64,000 nucleotides of DNA from a candidate division Kazan bacterium (GCA_003647645.1 QMNG01000002.1:65151-129150), one strand, 5' to 3'. Positions 40,977 through 49,848 are shown, counted from the stretch's first letter. Made by a program: numbers and translations. Notes: generated by a model not told the origin, from the letters alone.

Positions 40977-41402
40977 CCCCCAATTACCTCTTAATTATTA
41001 TTTTTAGTGTATATGCTTTTGAAGCGTATACACAACAAAATATTGATTGTAACCGATAGTGGGCAATCCAAACAGACGTGGACAACAAAAAGTTGGCGTC
41101 TAATACGGAAGGATTAACGCTTGACTTGGGCTGATTTTTAAGATAAGCTAGGCGTGATTGGGCTCTTGGAATTACTCTATTTTTATCCCAATCAACCATA
41201 TAATTTTAAAGTTTTCAGGTTAATGGCCTTACTTTTGTCGTTGTTAATGGGACCTATTGTAGAATACTTTGATGTTTTAGAGCAGCCGCTTAATGTTATC
41301 GGTTTCTCGTTCTTCTTTTAGGATTTGCTGAATTAAACAAGCCAGAATTTGCCTTGTGACAGGGGTATAAGTGGCCGTTTTCCTGATATTTCAGGAGACA
41401 AT

Positions 41403-42950
41403 ATGTCAAATATCATAATCGGAGCTATAGCCATTATCGTTGGAGCTGGTTTGGGCTACGGACTTCGCATTTGGCTGACGCGACAAAAAATTGACAATGC
41501 TGAGAAGGAAGCCAATAAAATTTTAGCTAAAGCCAAAGAAAAACTGGCCGGGGCTGATGCACAAGGCAAGGAGCTGATTCTGAACGCCAAAGAAGCAGCC
41601 TCCAAAATTCGGGACCGTATAGACAAAGAAGAGAAGGAGCGCCGTCGCGAACTCAGTGATCTGGAAAAAAGGCTGATCACCAAGGATGAAAATCTGGACA
41701 AGAAGATGGAGGATCTGGAAAGGCAGAAAGAAGCCATTATCGCCAAAGATAAGGAGATATTGGAAGTCCGGGAGGAAATTCTAAAAATTCGTGACAACCA
41801 AAAGGCCAAGCTGGAGGAAATCGCCAAACTGACCGAAGCTAAGGCTAAAGAACAGCTGTTTGCCCGCCTTGAAAAAGAGTACAAGGAGGAGGCGTTGAAG
41901 ATGATCAAAGATATCGAGGCCGAGGCCAAAGAAACTGCTGATGACAAAGCCCGTGAGATTATTTCAGCATCAATTCAGCGCTATGCGGCCGAGGTAGCCA
42001 CTGAGGGCACCACTTTTTCCGTGGCGCTGCCTAGTGACGATATCAAAGGTCGGATTATAGGCAAGGAAGGACGCAACATTCAGGCATTCGAAAAAGCTTC
42101 GGGTGTAGATGTAATTATTGACGACACTCCCGATGTGGTTACTATTTCTTGTTTTGATCCCATCCGCCGGCACATCGCTAAGCGGGCGTTGGAGCGGCTG
42201 GTCAAAGACGGCCGGATCCAGCCGGCTCGCATTGAAGAGGTATTAGAAAAAGCTGAAGCCGAGATAAACCAAGAGATAAAAAAGGCTGGTGAAGCTGCCG
42301 TCATGGAACTTGGCTTGACCGGTTTGCATCCTGACTTGATCAAGATTATCGGCCGGCTGCAATTCAGGACCAGCTACGGACAAAATATTCTTAAACATTC
42401 GATTGAGACGGCCCATCTGGCTGCCTTGATGGCCCAGCAACTGGGGATGAAAGATATCCGTTTAGTGAAATTGACTGCGTTGATGCACGATATCGGAAAA
42501 GCGCTGGATCATGAGTATGAGGGTAGCCACATCGAATTGTCTCGCGATATCGCCAAGAAATACGGCCTGCCTGAGGAGCTCATTCATGCTCTGGAAATTT
42601 CGCATGAAGGTTTTGGCGGTCCCACTACGCAGCTAGACTTCATTACCATGGCGGCGGATGCCATTTCGGCCTCTCGTCCGGGTGCCCGCCGGGAATCAGC
42701 CGAAAACTTTGTTAAAAGGCTGGAAGATTTAGAGAAAATTGCCACCAGCTATGAGGGTGTGGCCAAAGCCTATGCCATTCAGGCTGGCCGTGAAATACGG
42801 ATTATGGTCCAACCGGACAAAATTGACGACTTAGCTGCCGCTAAAATGGCCCGCGAAGTTGCTCGGCAGATAGAAAAAGAGATGACCTATCCCGGTCAGG
42901 TAAAGGTTATGATTATCAGGGAAACTCGGGCCGAAGATGTTGCCAAATAG
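41403..42950 (+). CDS. rny: Ribonuclease Y
   Basis: N-terminal TM, coiled coil, KH motif KGRIIGKEGRNI, HD motif HDIGKA, SRPGAR. Confidence 0.97.
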   Translation: MSNIIIGAIAIIVGAGLGYGLRIWLTRQKIDNAEKEANKILAKAKEKLAGADAQGKELILNAKEAASKIRDRIDKEEKERRRELSDLEKRLITKDENLDKKMEDLERQKEAIIAKDKEILEVREEILKIRDNQKAKLEEIAKLTEAKAKEQLFARLEKEYKEEALKMIKDIEAEAKETADDKAREIISASIQRYAAEVATEGTTFSVALPSDDIKGRIIGKEGRNIQAFEKASGVDVIIDDTPDVVTISCFDPIRRHIAKRALERLVKDGRIQPARIEEVLEKAEAEINQEIKKAGEAAVMELGLTGLHPDLIKIIGRLQFRTSYGQNILKHSIETAHLAALMAQQLGMKDIRLVKLTALMHDIGKALDHEYEGSHIELSRDIAKKYGLPEELIHALEISHEGFGGPTTQLDFITMAADAISASRPGARRESAENFVKRLEDLEKIATSYEGVAKAYAIQAGREIRIMVQPDKIDDLAAAKMAREVARQIEKEMTYPGQVKVMIIRETRAEDVAK

Positions 42951-43060
42951 GATTGACGCCCATCTCTATTTTTAGTTTAATAGTCAGGTACCCGTATTTC
43001 GGGTGTTGGCTGTCTTAGTGATAGCAGTTAATGTACCTTTAATCCAAGATGGGAGGAATT

Positions 43061-43294
43061 ATGCCGAGTGACTCGAAATATAATCCAAGGTTCCCGGACC
43101 CTCCGCCGAAGGCCCAGTGGCAGGAGTCGGGCAGTTTGTCAGAAACAGCGCCCAAACGATTTGTCTGCAGCAGATGTCGAGGTCCTTATTGGGGTGATAG
43201 GGCGCTTGAGTTTTGCCCCCGGTGTGGGGCAAAGATGATCAATGCTGCCCCGAGGAAAGATTATGCCAGAGGTGGCAAATCAAGCGCGGCCTAA
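43061..43294 (+). CDS. Small zinc-ribbon protein
   Basis: CSRC...CPRCG; GGAGG SD. Confidence 0.6.
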   Translation: MPSDSKYNPRFPDPPPKAQWQESGSLSETAPKRFVCSRCRGPYWGDRALEFCPRCGAKMINAAPRKDYARGGKSSAA

Positions 43295-43322
43295 ATTCCC
43301 CGGACCATCTGTTCTTAAAATC

Positions 43323-43356
43323 GCCCCGTGCACCAGAGTGTGTACGGGGCATTTTT
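43323..43356 (+). terminator. Intrinsic terminator
   Basis: gccccgtgcac...gtgtacggggc followed by a T-tract. Confidence 0.75.
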
Positions 43357-43421
43357 CTGGCTTTCCAATCTTCTTTTGTCGCGTATGTTAAGATAAAAAC
43401 CAGACGGCTTTTTATAATCCT

Positions 43422-44696
43422 ATGATAAAAACGAAAAAAACCACTCTCAAGAACAAGTTGCGCATATTGGTTTCGCCGATGAAATCAACAGAGGCTGTTA
43501 CAGTGATGATTTTGTGCCGAGCCGGTTCGCGCTACGAAACAAAAAAAATCAATGGCATAGCTCACTTTTTAGAGCATATGTTCTTCAAGGGTGGCGATCG
43601 TTATCCTACTCCCCGCTCGGTATCAGAGGCAATTGACGGCATCGGGGGTGTTTTTAATGCTTTCACCGGCAATGAATATGTCGGTTACTACGTGAAGGTT
43701 GCCAAAGAAAAAATAGATACCGCTTTTGATGTGCTATCTGATATGCTCGTCAATGCCAAATTTGATAAAGACGGATTAAATCGCGAGCGGGGCGTCATCC
43801 TAGAGGAATACAATATGTACGAGGACCTCCCAATGCAAAATATCGGAGATACTTTTGAACGGATGTTGCTGGGTGATCACCCCTTAGGCTGGCCAACTAT
43901 CGGCTCAAAGTCAGTAATTAAGTCAGTCAAGCGGCAGGATTTCATCAACTATCGCAAAAAGTTATATACTCCGCCGAACCTTGTGGTATCGGTCTCCGGC
44001 AATACCTCCACAGCTGAGGTGAAAAAACTTGTAAATAAATATCTGCCGTTTAAAACCAGCGGGAAAAAGAATCGCCCGCTTCCCTATCGAGCTCCCCAAA
44101 AGCATTCTAAAAAAATTAAGGTTATTTATAAAAAAACTGAACAGGCCCACCTCGTTCTCGGGGTGCCCACCTTCGGCGGCACACACCCCGATAAGTATGT
44201 TGCTAAGGTGTTAGCCACCATATTGGGCAAAGGCATGAGTTCTCGGCTGTTTACGAGCGTTAGGGAACGTCTGGGGCTAGCTTATTATGTAAGAGCAGGT
44301 TCCAATCACTACACCGATGCCGGCTATTTTGCTGTTAGTGCTGGTGTAGATGTAAATCGCATCAATTTGGCAATAAAAACTATTCTCAATGAGTTTAGGG
44401 AAATAACTAATAAGTTGGTATCAGCCAAAGAATTAAAAAAAGCCAAAGAGTATATGATTGGCGGATTGGTTTTGGGGTTGGAGGATTCTGAGGCAGTCGC
44501 TTATAGTTTTGGCACTCGCGAACTGCTGTATGATGATATTGTTACTGTCAATGAAATAAAGAAGAAAATCCGCTCTGTTACGGTCAAACAGATTCAAAGA
44601 CTAGCCAAACGGATATTTAGAGACCAAAATCTGGTGTTGGCGGTCATCGGACCCTATAAAAATACTGATAAAATTAAAAAAGTCGTTAAATTGTAG
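43422..44696 (+). CDS. M16 family zinc peptidase
   Basis: HFLEHMFFKG (HxxEH), NAFT and SSRLF.SVRE.LGLAY. Confidence 0.93.
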   Translation: MIKTKKTTLKNKLRILVSPMKSTEAVTVMILCRAGSRYETKKINGIAHFLEHMFFKGGDRYPTPRSVSEAIDGIGGVFNAFTGNEYVGYYVKVAKEKIDTAFDVLSDMLVNAKFDKDGLNRERGVILEEYNMYEDLPMQNIGDTFERMLLGDHPLGWPTIGSKSVIKSVKRQDFINYRKKLYTPPNLVVSVSGNTSTAEVKKLVNKYLPFKTSGKKNRPLPYRAPQKHSKKIKVIYKKTEQAHLVLGVPTFGGTHPDKYVAKVLATILGKGMSSRLFTSVRERLGLAYYVRAGSNHYTDAGYFAVSAGVDVNRINLAIKTILNEFREITNKLVSAKELKKAKEYMIGGLVLGLEDSEAVAYSFGTRELLYDDIVTVNEIKKKIRSVTVKQIQRLAKRIFRDQNLVLAVIGPYKNTDKIKKVVKL

Positions 44697-44705
44697 GAGG
44701 CAATT

Positions 44706-45230
44706 ATGGAAAGAAGTTTTGTCATGCTCAAACCAGATGCGCTGAAAAGAGGTCTGGCAGATAAGATTATCAAACGATTTACTGATGCCGGGCTCAGTAT
44801 TACAGCTCAAAAGAAAATGACAGCTAGTCAGGAAATTGTGGAACAGCACTACCCTATTGATGATGAGGACTATGTTATCGGGCTGGGTCATAAAGACACC
44901 AGTAATCTGTCAGAAACCGAAAAAACAGAAATTTACGACAAAAATATGTTCATCATCAAGGCTATGCACAAATTTATGCGCTCTGGTCCTGTTATTGCTA
45001 TGATTATTGAAGGGCCAAAAGGCACGATTAAAAAAATCCGTGAAATAGTTGGGAAAACCAACCCGCCTGAAGCCGCTCCTGGTACTATCAGAGGCGATTT
45101 TGGCGAGGATTCCTATGAGCAGGCCGACAAGGAGGGCAGATCTGTCCACAATCTCGTTCACGCTTCCGGAACCTCGGCAGAGGCCGAGCGTGAAATCAAG
45201 CTCTGGTTTCCTGAACTGGCGCAGAAGTGA
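44706..45230 (+). CDS. ndk: Nucleoside-diphosphate kinase
   Basis: LKPDA, PGTIRGDF and NLVHASG. Confidence 0.93.
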   Translation: MERSFVMLKPDALKRGLADKIIKRFTDAGLSITAQKKMTASQEIVEQHYPIDDEDYVIGLGHKDTSNLSETEKTEIYDKNMFIIKAMHKFMRSGPVIAMIIEGPKGTIKKIREIVGKTNPPEAAPGTIRGDFGEDSYEQADKEGRSVHNLVHASGTSAEAEREIKLWFPELAQK

Positions 45231-45257
45231 ATTGACGTTAAAATTATCTAGAATTGA

Positions 45258-45292
45258 TGAACGGCTCATAATATGAGCCGTTCACCTTTTTC
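45258..45292 (+). terminator. Intrinsic terminator after ndk
   Basis: tgaacggctcat...atgagccgttca followed by a T-tract. Confidence 0.8.
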
Positions 45293-45367
45293 TTGTCCCT
45301 ATCTCCTTGCGTTCTACTCTTCACTTTTCCATCATTTGACATTGTTTTAGAATTTGTTTTATATTTA

Positions 45368-45560
45368 GCTGGACTGGGGAAAACATTAGACTAAACTTGT
45401 CCCTTAACAATCAACAGGTATATTGCTTCACCGTAATAGTTGCTTGTTCTTTGTTGAGGGAGAGACAGGGCTAGCGCATAGAGCCCCCATAACTTAATAG
45501 CACAAGTTTGTCTCTCCCCTTTTTGAATTTAAAATTGTCTCCCGTCGCCCAGTATTTATG
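45368..45560 (+). ncRNA. Candidate structured ncRNA of unknown family
   Basis: Upstream TTGACA-N18-TATATT; several nested complementary segments; no ORF. Confidence 0.35.
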
Positions 45561-45663
45561 TACTTATTTTTGTGTTTCTATGCGGTTATTGTTTCCTCTT
45601 GACAAATCCTATGGTATCTTTCCATATCACGAATTTTTTTATTCCAAAATTGGCAAAAGCCAA

Positions 45664-45753
45664 TGTGGATAACTCCCCTCTTTTTAAAAGTTATCCACAT
45701 TAATATACAAAATATTTATGGCATAAATATTTTCAAAAAGAGAGTTATCCACC
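45664..45753. promoter_or_regulatory. DnaA-box cluster
   Basis: TGTGGATAA at 45664-72, TTATCCACA at 45691-99, TTATCCACC at 45745-53; another TGTGGATAA at 46363-71. Confidence 0.65.
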
Positions 45754-46267
45754 TACAAGAGTGTTGTAGGTGTTTTGATTATTCCGCTTCCATATTATAT
45801 AAAAGACCTACAAGACCCTTGTAACTTGACAAATTAATAAAAAAATGACGATTTTTTTATAGGTGTAGAAAAATCAAAAAATATTATGACATAAAACTGA
45901 CCTACAAATCAAATGTAGGTACCTACAAGACCCTTGTAACCTCACCTACAACGCCCTTGTAGGTCATGACAATTTTGGTTACAAGCGTGTTGTAGGTCTA
46001 CAATCTTTGAAAATCCGCTACCATACTATATATGTGTATGTCAGTGTTTTATAATGATCAAAAAATATAGGCAAAAAAATTGGGGGTTGCAAGACCCTTG
46101 TAGGTTGACCTATAATGGTCTTGTAGGTACCTACAAGACCATGTTAACCCTCGCAGCAATTTTTGCCATTTTAGTGATTTTTTACGCCAGCACCTAACAC
46201 GGTGTTGTAGGTGTTTTGATTATTCCGCTTCCATATTATATAAAAGACCTACAAGACCCTTGTAACC
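45751..46267. repeat. Array of 11 imperfect 21-bp palindromes, consensus ACCTACAA-N5-TTGTAGGT (TTGTAACC variant)
   Basis: Copies start near 45751, 45806, 45900, 45921, 45944, 45977, 46085, 46108, 46129, 46192 and 46247; includes a 65-bp direct repeat (45761-45825 = 46202-46266). Confidence 0.9.
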
Positions 46268-46306
46268 CCCAAAATTACGATTTGCTAATATAACTTCGAA
46301 AAAATT

Positions 46307-46891
46307 ATGAAAATTGAACAAAAAGTCGAATTGAAAAAAGTCGAAAAATCGAGAAATCCCAATGTGGATAACTTTCAAGTCTCGTCCGATTCTAATATTG
46401 AAACTTACTCTTTATCCGAAGTTGCCAAATATTTAAATGTTAATGAGGGGACTCTGCGCAACTGGGAGAAAAGATTCAGTGAATTTCTTTCTAATTATCG
46501 TAATCAGCTTAATCATAGGGCCTTTACCGAAGGTGATGTTAAGGTGTTAGAACGTATCAAAGCTCTAATAGAATCAGGTCTTTTCACCCAATCTGGCGTT
46601 AAGCACATGCTGAGCAATAAAAGGGGTTCCCGGTCCGGGGGCGCCAATCAAGAGGGGATTGTTCCGGTAGAAAATATGTTCGCCAAACCTCCTTCAGGAG
46701 TAGCCCAGATGGATGACAAGTACAAAGAAAAGCTACTGATGGCGCTCAACTCCTTAGGTTCAGAAATTCACGCTCTCAGACGCGAAACTAGAGAGGATTT
46801 AAAAGAATCGCTAAAACGTGAGATTGAACATCTAACTTTATTGCTTTTTCCACCAGAAAAGCCAAAACGACCTTGGTGGAAGATCTGGTAG
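46307..46891 (+). CDS. MerR-type HTH protein with coiled coil and amphipathic C-terminal tail (RacA/Par-like architecture)
   Basis: YSLSEVAKYLNVNEGTLRNWEK...HRAFTEGDV HTH; heptad region; KPKRPWWKIW terminus. Confidence 0.8.
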   Translation: MKIEQKVELKKVEKSRNPNVDNFQVSSDSNIETYSLSEVAKYLNVNEGTLRNWEKRFSEFLSNYRNQLNHRAFTEGDVKVLERIKALIESGLFTQSGVKHMLSNKRGSRSGGANQEGIVPVENMFAKPPSGVAQMDDKYKEKLLMALNSLGSEIHALRRETREDLKESLKREIEHLTLLLFPPEKPKRPWWKIW

Positions 46892-46992
46892 ATTCCGCCG
46901 ATCGGTGAAGAGGAAGGGGGACTCAGTATTCTTTTCCTCAGGTTGTGTACATTATCAATCGGGAGAGAACATCTTCCCAAAGGAGGTAACAG

Positions 46993-47256
46993 GTGGCCGA
47001 GGAAACCTCTGTACAGGAGGTAGTGATGTGTGACTTCCACAAAAGAGTCCTTCCCGGAAGGTTAGTGGATGTGCCCGTCGGAAGCAAGAGATTCGGTTTT
47101 CACGGTGTCGAAGAAACCAGCTTAGCACTGCGCTTTCTCTGTTATCAGTGTGCCGATCGGGTTGAAAGAAAGGATATGTTTCTTTCAACCGATCTGGTTA
47201 CATACCTTGACGGAAGCGGCGAACCAATCAGGCCAAGTCGGGAGATGTTAGTTTAG
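46993..47256 (+). CDS. Small hypothetical protein, possible zinc binder
   Basis: AGGAGG SD, GTG start, CDFH...CYQC, terminator directly after. Confidence 0.55.
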   Translation: MAEETSVQEVVMCDFHKRVLPGRLVDVPVGSKRFGFHGVEETSLALRFLCYQCADRVERKDMFLSTDLVTYLDGSGEPIRPSREMLV

Positions 47257-47290
47257 CGGCGGTTATCTCCGGATAGCCGCCATTTTTTAT
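47257..47290 (+). terminator. Intrinsic terminator
   Basis: ggcggttatc...gatagccgcc followed by a T-tract. Confidence 0.75.
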
Positions 47291-47400
47291 CTGTAAGATA
47301 TTTGTCTCGCTAAAAAAGTTTATAAAACGGGCTGACAAACGCCATAATCAGGGTATCATTGGTGAAGATAACAAAATTTCTAGATAATTAGTAGTGTGCT

Positions 47401-48684
47401 ATGAAAAAAGCCATTGTGAAGCCAAAAAAGGTGAAAAAACGTAACTGGCGGGATCACTTTAAGCCCAGTGAAAACTTCAAGTTGGATAAAAACTATCCCA
47501 AACCAACTGTTTTTGTAGCGATGAGTGGGGGGGTGGACTCCTCCGTAGCCGCCTATTTGCTGAAAAAAGAGGGTTATCAGGTGGTGGGGGTGTTCATGAA
47601 GAACTGGTCTTTCCCTGAAGTTTCTCTGAAACACTGCCAATTGTTCAAAGATTACAAGGACATGGTAAAAGTCTGTAAATTTCTGAAGATTCCATATCTG
47701 GTCTTTAGCTTTGAAAAGGAATACAAAAAACGGGTGATGGAAAGGTTTTTTAGGGAATACAAGACCGACCGTACACCAAATCCGGATATTTTGTGCAATA
47801 CCGAGATTAAGTTTGACCTGTTTTTGAAGAAAGCAATCAAACTGGGCGCTGATTTAATCGCTACCGGACACCATATAAGGCGCAAATGTGCCAATGACCA
47901 ATTATCAATTACCAATGGTCAATGTAAGAAATATCATTTATTAAAGGGAAAAGACGCTATAAAAGACCAAACTTACTTTGTTTATAATTTAACACAAAAC
48001 CAGCTCTCACACTGTCTTTTTCCGATAGGGGAGTACTCAAAAGACCAAATCCGCAAGATTGCTCATAAATTAGGGCTTCCGACTGCCTACAAACGGGATA
48101 GCCAGGGGATTTGCTTCATCGGCAGGATCAACGTAAAAGATTTTCTTAAGACCAAAATTGCAGAGCGGGAAGGAAATATTGTCGATATGAAAGGAAATGT
48201 GCTTGGCAAACATGAGGGAGCTTGGTTTTACACTATCGGCCAGAGGCGAATTGACGGACTTTCTGGAACTACTAAGCCGTTGTATGTGGTAGCCACGGAT
48301 GTAAAGAAAAATCTGGTAATTGTTGGTCCAGACAGGGCGACCTATCGCAAAGGCGTAATTCTGGAGAAGTTCCATCTGATTGATAAAAGTTACTTCAGTT
48401 GTCATCCTGAGCGAAGCGTAGCGAAGTCGAAGGATCTTATAAAACAGATTCCTCGACAAGCTCGGAATGACAGGGGAAAAAGCGGAAATGAAAGCTATGG
48501 TGGTTTAACTGCCAAACCCCGCTATGGGCCTGAAGTTTATCCCGGAAAACTTGAAAAAAGAGGCAGAACATGGCGTTTCATGTTTACTAAGCCCCAAAGG
48601 GCTCTCACCCCGGGACAATCTCTGGTAATTTATGACAAAGATGTCTGTTTGGGCGGGGGAGTTATAAAGAAAATTATCAATTAA
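47401..48684 (+). CDS. mnmA: tRNA-specific 2-thiouridylase MnmA with in-frame repeat insertions
   Basis: AMSGGVDSS, TPNPDILCN, ATGH, KDQTYF, DSQGICF, YTIGQR and TPGQ. Confidence 0.95.
   Translation: MKKAIVKPKKVKKRNWRDHFKPSENFKLDKNYPKPTVFVAMSGGVDSSVAAYLLKKEGYQVVGVFMKNWSFPEVSLKHCQLFKDYKDMVKVCKFLKIPYLVFSFEKEYKKRVMERFFREYKTDRTPNPDILCNTEIKFDLFLKKAIKLGADLIATGHHIRRKCANDQLSITNGQCKKYHLLKGKDAIKDQTYFVYNLTQNQLSHCLFPIGEYSKDQIRKIAHKLGLPTAYKRDSQGICFIGRINVKDFLKTKIAEREGNIVDMKGNVLGKHEGAWFYTIGQRRIDGLSGTTKPLYVVATDVKKNLVIVGPDRATYRKGVILEKFHLIDKSYFSCHPERSVAKSKDLIKQIPRQARNDRGKSGNESYGGLTAKPRYGPEVYPGKLEKRGRTWRFMFTKPQRALTPGQSLVIYDKDVCLGGGVIKKIIN
48400..48472. repeat. REP/RPE-like palindrome inside mnmA
   Basis: tgtcatcctgagc...gtcgaaggatct...agattcctcgac...gctcggaatgaca. 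Confidence 0.85.
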
Positions 48685-48741
48685 CAATTACCAATTGACA
48701 ATGAAAGACAGTGAACAGAGTGTAGAGAAATAATAAAAATA

Positions 48742-48800
48742 TCTCCTGAGCGTAGTCGAAGGACTACCCAATGTAACTCTTCGACAAGCTCAGAGAATAA
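48742..48800. repeat. REP-like palindrome (TCCTGAGC...GCTCAGAGAATAA family)
   Basis: Related copies at 16296-16360, 50877-50955 and 57967-58030. Confidence 0.8.
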
Positions 48801-48829
48801 AAAATAATGATTCCAGATTCTAACTTAAT

Positions 48830-48860
48830 TGTAATATAACTAACCTATAAAACGGATATA
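48830..48860 (+). promoter_or_regulatory. Putative ECF autoregulatory promoter
   Basis: TGTAAT-N17-CGGATATA, same spacing as the motif before the second ECF gene. Confidence 0.4.
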
Positions 48861-48867
48861 ACTAAAT

Positions 48868-49428
48868 ATGGCAGAATCTGCTTCTCGCAAGGCCCCGAGC
48901 ACAACCGAAGGGCAACAACTGAATAAATTAGCTCTTAATGCCCAAAATGGCGACGATGAGGCCTTTGGACAGATTTTTGATGAAATTTCGGATAGAATAT
49001 ACAGATTTTTAGCTTTTAGAGTAGTAAATCAGGAAGATGCCAAAGATCTGACCAGCCAGACATTCCTCGAGGCGTGGCAGAATTTGTCCAGGTTTGACCC
49101 AAATAAGAGCTTTTTAACCTGGATTTTCACAATAGCCAGATATAAATTAATCGACCATTATCGTAAATATAAGTCCACAGTTTCACTTGATGCTGTAACA
49201 AATCTGGTAGACAGTACGGATATACAGACAGAAACGGAAAATAAAGCGGCATCAGAGCAAGTTTTGTCTGCTCTCAACCGCTTGCCCGAACTTTATCAGA
49301 CAGTTTTGAAGCTGAAGCTGGTCGAAGAGCTGAAATATTCAGAAATTGCCGAGATCACCGGTAGAAGTGAGAATAATTTAAGAGTCATAGTTAAACGGGG
49401 ATTAGATAAATTGCGAAGCAATTTATAA
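48868..49428 (+). CDS. ECF RNA polymerase sigma factor
   Basis: DAKDLTSQTFLEAW, FLTWIFTIAR..LIDHYR and region 4 YSEIAEITG. Confidence 0.93.
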   Translation: MAESASRKAPSTTEGQQLNKLALNAQNGDDEAFGQIFDEISDRIYRFLAFRVVNQEDAKDLTSQTFLEAWQNLSRFDPNKSFLTWIFTIARYKLIDHYRKYKSTVSLDAVTNLVDSTDIQTETENKAASEQVLSALNRLPELYQTVLKLKLVEELKYSEIAEITGRSENNLRVIVKRGLDKLRSNL

Positions 49429-49462
49429 AATAATAAAACTTGTCCTCTCCAATAACAAAACT

Positions 49463-49816
49463 TGTCCTCGGGCTTGACCCGGGGACCCAGAAAGAAAAAT
49501 GGCTGGTTATTTATATATTCTTTCTAATCAGAAAAACGGTACTCTGTATATTGGTGCGTCATCTGCTCTAGTTAAAAGAATTTGGGAACATAAAAACAAA
49601 TTTATACCTGGGTTTAGCCAAAAGTATCATCTCAACAGATTAGTATATTATGAACAATTTGGCGATGTTATCTCAGCTCGCGCCAGGGAAAGGCAACTTA
49701 AGAAATGGAAACGGAGCTGGAAGATAGATCTAATCGAAAAAGATAATCCAACCTGGAAAGATTTATATCCATCAATAATTGGTTTTTCTGGACCTCCGGG
49801 TCAAGCCCGAAGGAAA
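49463..49816. mobile_element. GIY-YIG cassette bounded by ~28-bp inverted repeats
   Basis: Left IR tgtcctcgggcttgacccggggacccag (49463-90); right IR ctggacctccgggtcaagcccgaagga (49788-49814). Confidence 0.6.
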
Positions 49817-49846
49817 GAAGAAAAAGAGCCCGAAGGAAAGAAATAA
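49499..49846 (+). CDS. GIY-YIG nuclease (YhbQ/UPF0213-like)
   Basis: YLYIL...LYIG...RIWEH...LVYYE...RERQLKKWKRSWK..LIE..NP.W. Confidence 0.92.
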   Translation: MAGYLYILSNQKNGTLYIGASSALVKRIWEHKNKFIPGFSQKYHLNRLVYYEQFGDVISARARERQLKKWKRSWKIDLIEKDNPTWKDLYPSIIGFSGPPGQARRKEEKEPEGKK

Positions 49847-49848
49847 TT

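Noticed and set aside
40977..41402. RNA element in the intergenic region before rny
   Set aside because: No convincing structure or repeat; probably divergent promoters.
45751..46267. CRISPR array
   Set aside because: Repeats are degenerate, occur in both orientations with gaps of 0 to ~90 bp, and no cas genes are present.
49499..49846. Intron-encoded homing endonuclease
   Set aside because: It is the short YhbQ-type domain, intergenic, with no group I intron structure apparent.
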